Positions 39,328 to 49,336 of a stretch of 64,000 nucleotides of DNA are shown one piece after another. The notes under the pieces were generated by a model. That model had not been told where the DNA came from. It saw nothing but the letters and a program-made list of their open reading frames with translations, and made no database searches. The stretch's first letter is position 1; each line of letters starts with the position of its first letter. Source of the stretch: Carboxylicivirga agarovorans (lineage in GTDB: Bacteria > Bacteroidota > Bacteroidia > Bacteroidales > Marinilabiliaceae); contig NZ_JBNGPA010000003.1 in NCBI RefSeq assembly GCF_050589845.1, positions 77,720 through 141,719 of the forward strand. The letters run 5' to 3'. Position numbers and translations under genes: made by a program.

Positions 39328-40962
39328 ATGAACCGAATTTGCCTACTTCTTGCCTTATTGCTTGTCTCTCAGTTCACAATACAGGCACAGGAAGTACCTC
39401 ATCATATCAGTAATGTGGCCATCTACGATTTTATGGATGAGCTGGCCAACAAGGGTATAATCGAAGTTAATTCGGCCATAAAACCCTATTCCCGTCTTAC
39501 CATTGCCAGGGCACTGCAAGAAGCCAACCATCACCCCTCACTCACTCAACGACAGCAAAAGGAGCTTGAGTTTTACCTAAAGGATTTCAACAAGGAATTA
39601 ATTGATGGAAAAGACTTCGATAAACGATTTGATCTCTGGTATTACACAGACTCCCTTTTTAAGCTCACAGTGAACCCGATTCTTGGAGGTCAGTTTTTTA
39701 ACAATGGCAATGCCACTGAATACCATCGTTGGGGAGGCGCCGAATTTTATGGCAGCATAGGCAAACACGTAGGGATTTACGGAAGCCTGAGAGACAACCA
39801 CGAATCACATTTTTTAGGTGGCAGTGATTATATAACCAAACGCCCCGGAGCTGTTTATAAAGGCGATGGTACGGCTAAAGATTACTCTGAAACAAGAGGA
39901 GGCATCACCTACTCGTGGAAATGGGGAAGCATTGGCCTGCATAAAGACCATGTAGCCTGGGGCAATGGCTACAGTGAAGCTATCATACAAAGCGGACGTG
40001 CACCTTCCTACGGCTATATTTCATTTAAAATGACGCCAACCAAATGGCTGGAATTTAATTATATGCACGGCTGGTTGGTAAGTGAAGTGATTGATTCGGT
40101 TCGCTCCTACCCTGTTTACGGTGATGACCGACGCATTTATGTCAACAAGTTCATTGCCTCCAACATGTTTACTGTCAAACCCATGAAGAAATTATACATT
40201 TCTTTCGGAAACTCGATCGTATATGCCGATACTGATTTCAACGCAGCCTTCGCTGTTCCTTTTTTATTCTATAAGTCGGCTGATCACACCTATAATTCAT
40301 GGGATAACTGGGTAGGTCAAAATGCTCAGATGTTTTTTGATATTAGCAGCCGCCAAATAAAGAACCTGCATTTATACACCTCAGTTTTTATTGATGAAAT
40401 TTCTTTAGAACGCATGTTTGATAAAGAAGAACAATCAAACCATGTGGCCATGAAGTTTGGAGCCAAGGTCACCGACCTCTTGCCCAATACTTCTTTAACA
40501 GCTGAATATACCAGGGTAAGACCCATGACTTACCAAAACTTTGTACCCAGCATAAATTATACGAGTAATAGTTTCTTCCTTGGTAGTTATATGGGTGATA
40601 ATTCAGAAGAGCTGTATCTGGCAGCTGGCTTCAAACCCATACGCGGACTTGACATTAATGCCAGCTATACTTTAGTTCGAAGAGGAAAAGATTACATGAA
40701 GATATTGAATGACGGAGAAATAGATGAGCATCCGGAGATCAATCCTGAACACGAACGACGTGGATTACCCTTTATTAACGAAGAACGATACAAAAACCAG
40801 AGCTTCACCTTTAAAGCTTCCTATCAGATCATTAATGATGGATTTGTCTTTGTTGAAGCCACCAAAAACAATATTAGCGGAGTTGACAGGGAGCTGTATA
40901 CAAATCCTTTTTACCTTGATGGGGATAACATCTTATCCTTTGGTATCAACTTTGGATTCTGA
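39328..40962 (+). CDS. capsule assembly Wzi family protein
   Basis: Signal peptide, then YDFMDELANKGIIEVNSAIKPYSRLTIARAL, which matches the conserved Wzi N-terminal motif. Beta-barrel-like Gly/aromatic-rich body. Confidence 0.6.
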   Translation: MNRICLLLALLLVSQFTIQAQEVPHHISNVAIYDFMDELANKGIIEVNSAIKPYSRLTIARALQEANHHPSLTQRQQKELEFYLKDFNKELIDGKDFDKRFDLWYYTDSLFKLTVNPILGGQFFNNGNATEYHRWGGAEFYGSIGKHVGIYGSLRDNHESHFLGGSDYITKRPGAVYKGDGTAKDYSETRGGITYSWKWGSIGLHKDHVAWGNGYSEAIIQSGRAPSYGYISFKMTPTKWLEFNYMHGWLVSEVIDSVRSYPVYGDDRRIYVNKFIASNMFTVKPMKKLYISFGNSIVYADTDFNAAFAVPFLFYKSADHTYNSWDNWVGQNAQMFFDISSRQIKNLHLYTSVFIDEISLERMFDKEEQSNHVAMKFGAKVTDLLPNTSLTAEYTRVRPMTYQNFVPSINYTSNSFFLGSYMGDNSEELYLAAGFKPIRGLDINASYTLVRRGKDYMKILNDGEIDEHPEINPEHERRGLPFINEERYKNQSFTFKASYQIINDGFVFVEATKNNISGVDRELYTNPFYLDGDNILSFGINFGF

Positions 40963-40998
40963 TATTTTTAATAATTTAACGGGCTTGAAACTGTAAAT

Positions 40999-42123
40999 AT
41001 GCAAGAAATAAGAATGGTGGATCTTCAGGCTCAGTATAAACGACTGAAACCTGAGATTGATGAGGCAATGGCCGATGTTATTGAGCAAACGGCTTTTATA
41101 AACGGCACCGCTGTTAAAACGTTCCAGGGCAACCTGGAAAAATACCTGAAAGTAAAGCATGTCATTCCCTGTGCCAACGGAACCGACGCACTGCAGGTGG
41201 CCCTTATGGCTCTTGGTTTAAAGGAGGGTGACGAGATCATAACCTCTACCTTTACTTTTATAGCCACAGTCGAAGTGATTGCCCTCTTAAAACTCAAACC
41301 TGTACTGGTTGATGTTGATCTGAATACCTTTATGCTTATACCGGAGCAGGTTGAAGAAGCTATAACTGAAAAAACAAAGGCCATTATCCCGGTGCACTTA
41401 TTCGGCCAGGGAGCTGATATGAACCGTTTAATGGAGATTGCACACAAGCATCATCTCAAAGTTATTGAAGACACCGCTCAGGCCATTGGCAGTAATTACC
41501 AGTACAACAAGCAGGTTCAGAAGCTTGGCACCATTGGTGACATAGGCTGTACGTCCTTTTTCCCATCTAAAAACCTTGGGTGCTTTGGTGATGGTGGAGC
41601 CTGTTTTACCAATGATGATGATCTGGCGGCTCAAATGAGAATGATCGTCAACCATGGTTCGGAAAAAAAATACCACCACAAGGTTATAGGCGTCAATTCT
41701 CGCCTCGATACACTGCAGGCATCAGTTTTAAACGTAAAATTAAGAGAGCTGGATGACTTTAATGATCGTCGGCGCAAGGCTGCTGATTTTTATGACGGCG
41801 CCTTTAAAGATCACAATGCCATTCAAATACCGACCAGAACGCAAGGGTGCGTTCATACTTTTCATCAATACACCCTTCGGGTTAAAGATGGTAAACGTGA
41901 TGAACTCCAGGCCTATCTGAAAGAAAAAAAGATTCCTTCAATGGTATATTATCCGGTGGCACTTCACCTGCAAGAAGCATTTGGGCATTTTATGAAAAAA
42001 ACGCATAACTTACCCAATGCCGAGCAACTATGTAAAGAAGTACTGTCTTTACCTATGCACACAGAGCTCTCCATTGAGCAACTAAATTATATTACGGACG
42101 CCATCCTGGCATTTTTTGAGTAA
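40999..42123 (+). CDS. DegT/DnrJ/EryC1/StrS family PLP-dependent sugar aminotransferase (WbpE-like)
   Basis: MVDLQAQYKRLKPEIDEAMADVIEQTAFINGTAVKTFQGNLEKYL...PCANGTDALQVALMALG is the canonical DegT N-terminus. Confidence 0.85.
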   Translation: MQEIRMVDLQAQYKRLKPEIDEAMADVIEQTAFINGTAVKTFQGNLEKYLKVKHVIPCANGTDALQVALMALGLKEGDEIITSTFTFIATVEVIALLKLKPVLVDVDLNTFMLIPEQVEEAITEKTKAIIPVHLFGQGADMNRLMEIAHKHHLKVIEDTAQAIGSNYQYNKQVQKLGTIGDIGCTSFFPSKNLGCFGDGGACFTNDDDLAAQMRMIVNHGSEKKYHHKVIGVNSRLDTLQASVLNVKLRELDDFNDRRRKAADFYDGAFKDHNAIQIPTRTQGCVHTFHQYTLRVKDGKRDELQAYLKEKKIPSMVYYPVALHLQEAFGHFMKKTHNLPNAEQLCKEVLSLPMHTELSIEQLNYITDAILAFFE

Positions 42124-42128
42124 CAAAT

Positions 42129-42713
42129 ATGAATGATCAAGACTATTTTTTTCATGAAACCGCTGTCATTGATGACAACTGCACTATTCATAAAGGTGTA
42201 AAAATCTGGCATTTCTCGCACATTATGTCAGGTTGTGAAATAGGTGAAAACTGCAACCTGGGACAAAATGTGGTTGTATCGCCAGATGTGAAGCTGGGCA
42301 AGAATGTCAAGGTGCAGAATAATGTATCTATTTATACAGGCGTCATTTGTGAAGACGATGTTTTTTTGGGTCCGTCAATGGTTTTTACCAATGTTACCAA
42401 CCCGCGAAGCGCCGTTAACCGACGTGGTCAATATCAAACGACCGTTGTTAAAAAAGGGGCTACTATTGGAGCCAACGCAACCATTGTTTGTGGTCATGAT
42501 ATTGGCGAATTTGCTTTTATTGGCGCGGGTGCGGTGGTCACTAAAACCATCCCGCCCTATGCCCTGGTGGTTGGTAATCCTTCACAGCAAATAGGCTGGA
42601 TGAGCGAGTATGGTCACCGTCTTGAATTCGATGCAGATGGTTTGGCCGTTTGCCCTGAAAGTAAAGAAAGATACAGACTAAGCAATGATACTGTTGAAAA
42701 AATAAACGATTAA
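42129..42713 (+). CDS. hexapeptide-repeat (left-handed beta-helix) sugar N-acetyltransferase (WbpD/PglD-like)
   Basis: Repeated [LIV]G-x4 hexapeptide units through residues 20-150. It lies 5 bp downstream of the aminotransferase gene. Confidence 0.8.
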   Translation: MNDQDYFFHETAVIDDNCTIHKGVKIWHFSHIMSGCEIGENCNLGQNVVVSPDVKLGKNVKVQNNVSIYTGVICEDDVFLGPSMVFTNVTNPRSAVNRRGQYQTTVVKKGATIGANATIVCGHDIGEFAFIGAGAVVTKTIPPYALVVGNPSQQIGWMSEYGHRLEFDADGLAVCPESKERYRLSNDTVEKIND

Positions 42714-42749
42714 ATCAATACAAACCATCTGAATAATAAAACCTCAACT

Positions 42750-44039
42750 ATGTTACAAGAATTACTAGCAAAAGAAAAGAAACTATCGGTTATCGGGCTT
42801 GGATACGTTGGCTTACCAATCGCTTTGGAGTTTGCCCGGAAAATGTCAGTTATCGGATTTGATATTAAAGAGGATCGTGTTGAGCTGATGCGCCAGGGTA
42901 TTGACCCGAGTAATGAACTTGAAGCTGAAGCTTTTGAAGGGTGCGACATTAAATACACCAGCAAGGCAGAGGACCTGAAAGAAGCTAATTTTCATGTGGT
43001 TGCAGTACCTACACCTATAAACACCCACAACCTGCCTGATCTGACTCCCCTCTTAAGTGCAACGCGCGCCGTTGGTAAGATTTTAAAGAAAGGCGACTAT
43101 GTGGTTTTTGAATCAACTGTTTACCCGGGCTGTACCGAAGATGATTGTGTACCAATTTTAGAAAAGGAATCAGGCTTGAAACTCAATGAAGACTTTAAAG
43201 TTGGTTTTAGTCCCGAACGAATTAACCCGGGTGATAAAGAACATACACTGACTAAGATCTTAAAGATCGTTTCAGGCAGTGATACCGGGTCAGCCAATGT
43301 AATTGAGGAGGTATATGCCAGTATAATTACCGCTGGTATTCATAAGGCCAGCTCAATAAAAGTAGCCGAGGCTGCAAAGATCATTGAGAACACCCAACGC
43401 GATGTCAACATTGCCCTGATGAATGAGCTGTCACTCATTTTTGACCGCATGGACATCAATACTTTTGAGGTACTCGAAGCGGCAGGCACCAAGTGGAACT
43501 TCCTTCGCTTCTTCCCTGGCCTGGTCGGTGGTCACTGTATCGGCGTTGACCCGTATTACCTGACCTATAAGGCGAATGAACTGGGATACCATTCCAAAAT
43601 TATTACAGGAGGTCGTTTTATAAACGATTCAATGGGTGGCTATGTGGCCAAAACAGTTGTTAAGAAAATGATCTCAAATGGCAATAAGATCAATGGCGCC
43701 AAGGTATTGATCATGGGAGCTACCTTTAAAGAAAATGTAAGTGACATTCGAAATTCAAAGGTGGCCGATGTTGTCAACGAGCTAAAATCGTTCAGCATAC
43801 AGGTGGATGTGGTTGACCCTCATGCATCGTCGGATGAGCTGCAGCACGAATATGGGTATGGATTAATCGAGAAAGTGACTGAAAAGTACAATTCTGTGAT
43901 CGTAGCTGTTAACCACGATGAATATGCTCAACTGGATGAGGATTACTTTAAAACAATAATGGTTAAAGAAGGTGTATTTGTTGATGTTAAAGGCATCTTC
44001 AGAGATAAAATCAAAGATCTGACATACTGGAGCTTATAA
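42750..44039 (+). CDS. nucleotide-sugar (UDP-N-acetyl-D-glucosamine/mannosamine) dehydrogenase, WbpA/TviB/WecC-like
   Basis: N-terminal Rossmann motif LSVIGLGYVGLPIALEF, VAVPTP, catalytic Cys region GGHCIGVDPYYL. Confidence 0.85.
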   Translation: MLQELLAKEKKLSVIGLGYVGLPIALEFARKMSVIGFDIKEDRVELMRQGIDPSNELEAEAFEGCDIKYTSKAEDLKEANFHVVAVPTPINTHNLPDLTPLLSATRAVGKILKKGDYVVFESTVYPGCTEDDCVPILEKESGLKLNEDFKVGFSPERINPGDKEHTLTKILKIVSGSDTGSANVIEEVYASIITAGIHKASSIKVAEAAKIIENTQRDVNIALMNELSLIFDRMDINTFEVLEAAGTKWNFLRFFPGLVGGHCIGVDPYYLTYKANELGYHSKIITGGRFINDSMGGYVAKTVVKKMISNGNKINGAKVLIMGATFKENVSDIRNSKVADVVNELKSFSIQVDVVDPHASSDELQHEYGYGLIEKVTEKYNSVIVAVNHDEYAQLDEDYFKTIMVKEGVFVDVKGIFRDKIKDLTYWSL

Positions 44040-44065
44040 AAAGCACCCGGGTTTTAAGGCATAAA

Positions 44066-44102
44066 AAAACGGTGTATCTAAAAAATAATTGATACACCGT
44101 TT
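44066..44102. terminator. bidirectional rho-independent terminator (AAACGGTGTATC-12 nt-GATACACCGTTT)
   Basis: Perfect 12-bp stem flanked by an A-run and a T-run, between convergent genes. Confidence 0.6.
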
Positions 44103-44147
44103 ATTCGTTCCGTAAACCTTTGTTGGTCTACCTGGTCACTTTCATCA

Positions 44148-44756
44148 TTACTTGTCAAATTCATAGTTGTACTCTTTACCGCCTGAAACTAATGAAACTT
44201 TGTACTCGCCCGATGGCAGGTTAGTTAAATCAAACATACCTGAATATGTACTTTCAGAAGGTAGGTTTGAGTTATAAATCTCAGTTCCAAACTTGTCATC
44301 AATACTAATGCTCAATGCTGCATTATCAAAGTTCATGTGACTAACAAACAGCTTGTCTTCTGCAACTCTGAAAAATGCTCTTAGCATTTCACTTTTTTCA
44401 TCTGCACTATCAATTTTAACCAACTCATTGTTTTTAATTGTGAACTTCTCACTTGATGTTTCACTTTTGCTGGTCAATTCAATAGTATACTCTCCATCTT
44501 CCAATGAAGTAAGGTCAAATAATTTCTGAAAAGAAGAAGCTCCGTTTATACGTGAACTGGCATAAAGCACATCTCCGTCTGTATCAAAAATTCTTACCCG
44601 ATAATTCTCAGCTGCATCATAACGAGCTGTAATAACCGCATAGTCGGTTTTTAAATACGAGTTAATAAAGATCTTTCCTTTTGCAAAGGTTACCGCGGGC
44701 AATAACGCCAATAAAGCGATTGGCAACATCCTCCTAAATACATTTACTTTTTTCAT
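44148..44756 (-). CDS. hypothetical secreted protein with two internal repeats
   Basis: Signal peptide MKKVNVFRRMLPIALLALLPAVTFA. Two related halves (…LTSLEDGEYTIELTSK… / …LTNLPSGEYKVSLVSGGKEYNYEF). Confidence 0.5.
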   Translation of the reverse strand: MKKVNVFRRMLPIALLALLPAVTFAKGKIFINSYLKTDYAVITARYDAAENYRVRIFDTDGDVLYASSRINGASSFQKLFDLTSLEDGEYTIELTSKSETSSEKFTIKNNELVKIDSADEKSEMLRAFFRVAEDKLFVSHMNFDNAALSISIDDKFGTEIYNSNLPSESTYSGMFDLTNLPSGEYKVSLVSGGKEYNYEFDK

Positions 44757-45341
44757 AGTAAAACTGTTTAAATTGTTAATAATTTGTTTTAACCCCCTTT
44801 TTGTAATAGGGTACGATGCAAAAGTAGAATGTTTTTTCTAATCCATTGTAAAAAATAAGGGGTATTTTTGTTAAAAAAACGAAATATCCACTTTTTAACT
44901 TCATTTTTAGGGGGTGCAAATGTAAAAAGTGATTTTTTAGGATTTTTTGAGCGATTTTTAAGGGGGTGCTAAAAAATATTTCATTTTTCAGATAGAAAAC
45001 TCTAAAAAACGACCTAATTCATACCTCAAAGTCATTTTTTATGACACGGACACATTTACTAAAGGCCTCTAAAAAGTGTCAAAAAATCATTTGTTCATTA
45101 CCTAAATGTTAAAAACACATAAATATTGCTCGTTTTAATTTCAATTCATAAGTCAATTTGCAATTAATATTTCATTTTATCACCAATCAATCTTGTACAT
45201 CATTTGATTTTTATCGCAATGATCAAATAAGATCTTTGCATCCGGTCAAAATGAAAATGTATTAGTGTATATTAGTAATAGTGAACACCGGTAGTTGTTA
45301 GTTTTCAATCTTTCATAAGTATTAAAGGCTTTCAACATACA

Positions 45342-45821
45342 TTGGCAGCACATAAAATTCTGTTTAGGCCTGGTTCCTTGTCAAAAAATTATAATATGGG
45401 ATATCAAAAAGATTATATATTACGAATGCTGGAAATGATGGCAGAAATGATCGCTATTTTCCTGGGTCTGTTGAAAAAAGGGGATACTAAGCAAGCTGAA
45501 AAACGTTTAAACAATGCCTACAGAGATCTTCTAAAAGAGGATGCTGCCTTTTTCAATCAATTACCTGTTGAGCAATTGACCATAGAGCTACTGGAAAAAC
45601 ACAACTACACCCATCAGCATTTAAAGATACTTTCTGAACTGTTCTATGCCGAAGGAGAACTGTCGCTTAAGAAAGATGATAAGCAGAATGCCGGAGTTGT
45701 TTTTAAAAAAGCATTATACATCCGTGAGTTTATTGAATCCAGTGTTGCAACTTTCTCATTTGCCGATCAGGAAAGAATAAACTTATTGAAACAAAGAATA
45801 AAGGACTTAAGCAGTTCTTAG
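45342..45821 (+). CDS. hypothetical protein
   Basis: 159-aa ORF after a 585-bp AT-rich non-coding region. The true start may be the internal Met (MGYQKDYILRMLEMM). No recognised domain. Confidence 0.4.
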   Translation: MAAHKILFRPGSLSKNYNMGYQKDYILRMLEMMAEMIAIFLGLLKKGDTKQAEKRLNNAYRDLLKEDAAFFNQLPVEQLTIELLEKHNYTHQHLKILSELFYAEGELSLKKDDKQNAGVVFKKALYIREFIESSVATFSFADQERINLLKQRIKDLSSS

Positions 45822-46153
45822 CCACTTATCGCCCCGATTCCGTCTTTTTTCTAATGGAATACACCCTTTGACTAAGGTAAAAAGAACCTATCTTCTTTCT
45901 TTCTTAGGAATCTCCAACTTGTCATATTATATAGGTATTTCAGAACACCATCGTTGAAGGCGAAGTATAATAAGGACGGTATTTAACCTGTTCACATGCT
46001 GATATTCAAAAAACAGAAAAATGAGCAGGTACCTGAACACATTGTCTTGCAACTAAACCAACTCCTGATGAGTTGACAAAGCGGGTTTTTAGGATAAGGA
46101 GCTACATAGCTCCCCTTTTTTTGCTATTTTAGTTTTGAATCATACGACTCATC

Positions 46154-46801
46154 ATGATAAAAGACAAGATACTTTTCGAAATTGAAGAATGGGCTCAAAA
46201 AAAATTAAGTGAACTTGAAGCTGGTCACGATTGGTGGCATATCATTCGTGTTCGAAACAATGCTCAACAGATCCATCAAACAGAAGGTGGCGACTGGAAT
46301 ACCATTCTTTTAGCTGTATTGCTGCATGACATAGCTGACACAAAGTTTTTCGATGAAGTAGAGGCTTTAATGCTTATCGAGCAAAAACTACAAGAATATG
46401 ACATTGAGCAAAACATGATAGATCATGTCATTAAAATTATTCAAAACCTATCCTTTTCAAAACAGTGGAGCGACAGCTCCTTTACATCAATCGAACTTAA
46501 AGTCGTTCAGGATGCAGACAGGTTGGATGCCATTGGAGCGATAGGCATCGCCCGGGCCTTTAGTTATGGAGGTCATAAAGGCCGCGATTTTTACAATCCT
46601 AATATCAGTCCACAGGAATATTCGAACATTGATGAATACAGAAAAAGCAATAGTCCGACCATCAATCATTTTTATGAAAAATTACTGCTACTAAAAGATA
46701 AGATGAATACACAAACAGGACTTTCAATGGCAAGGGAGCGTCATGCTTTTATGGAAAAATACCTTGAGCAGTTCTTTAATGAGTGGGGAAATAACGATTA
46801 A
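46154..46801 (+). CDS. HD domain metal-dependent phosphohydrolase
   Basis: HDWWHIIRV ... LLHDIADTKF gives the HD motif H...HD...D. Confidence 0.75.
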   Translation: MIKDKILFEIEEWAQKKLSELEAGHDWWHIIRVRNNAQQIHQTEGGDWNTILLAVLLHDIADTKFFDEVEALMLIEQKLQEYDIEQNMIDHVIKIIQNLSFSKQWSDSSFTSIELKVVQDADRLDAIGAIGIARAFSYGGHKGRDFYNPNISPQEYSNIDEYRKSNSPTINHFYEKLLLLKDKMNTQTGLSMARERHAFMEKYLEQFFNEWGNND

Positions 46802-46848
46802 CATTCACTATTATTAATTAATTTCACACTCGCTAAAACCTGTCATTA

Positions 46849-49254
46849 ATGTCCACACGTAAACCAACAAACCGAAAAACATCTTCAAAAAAGAAAACGT
46901 CCGGTTCTAAGAAGTCATCCTCTTCTAATAAGAGTTTCAAAAAACGCTTGCTTATTTTTGGATTAAAGGCTGCTACTCTAGCCATTGCAGCACTCTTTGT
47001 TTTTTGCCTGTTTGTTTATTTAGGTTTATTTGGAGCCTTGCCTTCGGAAGAAGAGTTGTCTAAAATACAAAATCATTCGGCTTCTGAAGTTTATTCCATT
47101 GATGAGAAGTTAATGGGGCGCTATTACATTGAACACCGCCTGACAATAGATAACGATCAGATATCTGAATATGTAAAGGAAGGATTAATAGCCACCGAAG
47201 ACAGTCGCTTTTTTGAGCATAAAGGATTAGACATTATCAGCCTGGGACGCGTTGTTGTACGAACCATCCTGTTCGGTGATAAGGCACAAGGCGGAGGAAG
47301 TACCATCAGTCAGCAGCTGGCCAAGAACTTGTATCCCCGTATGCGTTTAGGCTTCCTGACCTTACCCGTTGGTAAAACCAAAGAAATATTTACTGCTGCG
47401 CGACTTGAAAACATCTATTCAAAGGACGATATACTTACACTATACCTTAATACCGTACCTTTTGGCGAAGATATTTATGGTATAGAAATAGCCTCGCAAC
47501 GCTTTTTTGGTAAAAAATCACAGGATCTTAATCCCGCTGAAGCAGCAACACTGGTGGGTATGCTGGCAGCCAACACGGCCTATAATCCGCGCCTAAATCC
47601 AGAGCGAAGCCTTAAGCGACGTAATATTGTGCTGAGCCGCATGCACGAGCATGGCACCTTAAGCGAGAACCAATACAATAAATGGAAGCAGAGCAAAATA
47701 AAACTCAATTACCGACGCATTGATCATAACACGGGTATTGCCCCCTATTTCAGAGAAAAGATCAGAATACAAGCTCAAGACATACTTGAGGATGAATATG
47801 GCGACGAATATGATATTTATTCAGATGGTTTAAAAATATATACTACGATCGATGCCCAGTTGCAGGAATATGCTGAGAAAGCAGTTGATCAACAAATGAC
47901 ACGCTTACAGGATGAATTTGACCGTCACTGGAAAGGTCGTTCGGCCTGGGCAAAACATCCGCAGGTATATACCAATGCCTTACGTCAGTCGCGTCGTTAC
48001 CAGAAAATGAAGGAAGCCGGCCAAACCGACGAGGATATTTTTAAGGCCATGGAGAAAAAAGTGCCGATGACCATTTTTACCCATTCAGGTGAAAAAAAAG
48101 TACAAATGAGTCCGGTCGATTCGGTCAAGCACTACCTGATGCTGCTCAACACCGGCTTTGTGGCAATGAACCCCCGCAACGGTCATGTGTTATCGTGGGT
48201 TGGAGGCATCGATCATAAAACCTACCAATACGACCACGTTACGTCGCGTCGACCTGTTGGCTCAACCTTTAAACCAATATTGTATGCAGCAGCCCTTGAA
48301 GATGGGGTTGATCCCTGCGATTTTATTTCCAACGAACAGGTTGTTTATGAGGATTACGACGACTGGAACCCTGCCAACAGCAATGGAAAGCATGATGGAT
48401 ATTACTCAATGAAGGGTGGCCTTGCCAACTCTGTTAATACAGTTAGTGCTAAACTCATTACTCAAATAGGTGTGCGTAAAGTAGTAAACCTTGCTGAAGA
48501 CATGGGCATTGATGAAGATATTCCAAACTATCCATCCATTGCACTTGGTACTGCAGAATTGTCGTTACTGGACATGGTGTCGGCCTATACAACCTTTCCC
48601 AATTACGGACGACCTGTTGCACCCGTTATGCTCTTACGCATCGAAGACAGGGATGGAAATGTTTTATATGAGAATGAAGGCGAGGTACCAAAAGATGAAG
48701 TTTTCGATGATGATGTGGCCTATTTCATAGTTGAGATGATGCGAGGAGTTGTGGAACGAGGAACAGCAGGTTCCCTTCGCAAGGTTTTTAATCTGAAAAG
48801 TGAGCTGGCAGGTAAAACCGGAACAACACAAGATAACTCCGACGGCTGGTTTATTGGCTATACACCAAATATTGTTGCCGGCGCATGGGTTGGTAACGAT
48901 CAGCCATCAATCAGGTTCCGCTCAACAGCCCTTGGAAGTGGCGGACACATGGCTTTACCCATATTTGCCCGCTTTATGCAACGCCTTGAAAAAGACCGCA
49001 GTCGCTATCAGTACCACAAAGGCTCGTTTTATGTTGTACCTTCAAGATTACAAAAACATCTGATGTGTGATGATTATTCAGAGACAGATCCGGACAAGAG
49101 TTTCTTTGATAAATTATTCGATGATTTTGACAAACCCGATTCTCTGAAACTTAAGAAACAACAAGAGCGTGAAGCCAGAAAAGAAGAGCGCAAAAAGACT
49201 GATCATAAAAGCGTTATTCAAAAAATGAAGGATCTATTCAAGAAAAAGAAATAA
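46849..49254 (+). CDS. mrcA: class A penicillin-binding protein 1A (transglycosylase/transpeptidase)
   Basis: GT51 motifs EDSRFFEHKGLD, GGSTISQQLAKN, RKxxE. Transpeptidase motifs STFKP, SxN (ANSVN), KTG(T). Confidence 0.9.
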   Translation: MSTRKPTNRKTSSKKKTSGSKKSSSSNKSFKKRLLIFGLKAATLAIAALFVFCLFVYLGLFGALPSEEELSKIQNHSASEVYSIDEKLMGRYYIEHRLTIDNDQISEYVKEGLIATEDSRFFEHKGLDIISLGRVVVRTILFGDKAQGGGSTISQQLAKNLYPRMRLGFLTLPVGKTKEIFTAARLENIYSKDDILTLYLNTVPFGEDIYGIEIASQRFFGKKSQDLNPAEAATLVGMLAANTAYNPRLNPERSLKRRNIVLSRMHEHGTLSENQYNKWKQSKIKLNYRRIDHNTGIAPYFREKIRIQAQDILEDEYGDEYDIYSDGLKIYTTIDAQLQEYAEKAVDQQMTRLQDEFDRHWKGRSAWAKHPQVYTNALRQSRRYQKMKEAGQTDEDIFKAMEKKVPMTIFTHSGEKKVQMSPVDSVKHYLMLLNTGFVAMNPRNGHVLSWVGGIDHKTYQYDHVTSRRPVGSTFKPILYAAALEDGVDPCDFISNEQVVYEDYDDWNPANSNGKHDGYYSMKGGLANSVNTVSAKLITQIGVRKVVNLAEDMGIDEDIPNYPSIALGTAELSLLDMVSAYTTFPNYGRPVAPVMLLRIEDRDGNVLYENEGEVPKDEVFDDDVAYFIVEMMRGVVERGTAGSLRKVFNLKSELAGKTGTTQDNSDGWFIGYTPNIVAGAWVGNDQPSIRFRSTALGSGGHMALPIFARFMQRLEKDRSRYQYHKGSFYVVPSRLQKHLMCDDYSETDPDKSFFDKLFDDFDKPDSLKLKKQQEREARKEERKKTDHKSVIQKMKDLFKKKK

Positions 49255-49336
49255 CATCATCAGAGTTAACTCATCGAATGATCATCGACCATCATTGTTA
49301 GTCATTCGAAGAGTTAATGAATAGCTAATAAGCTCC

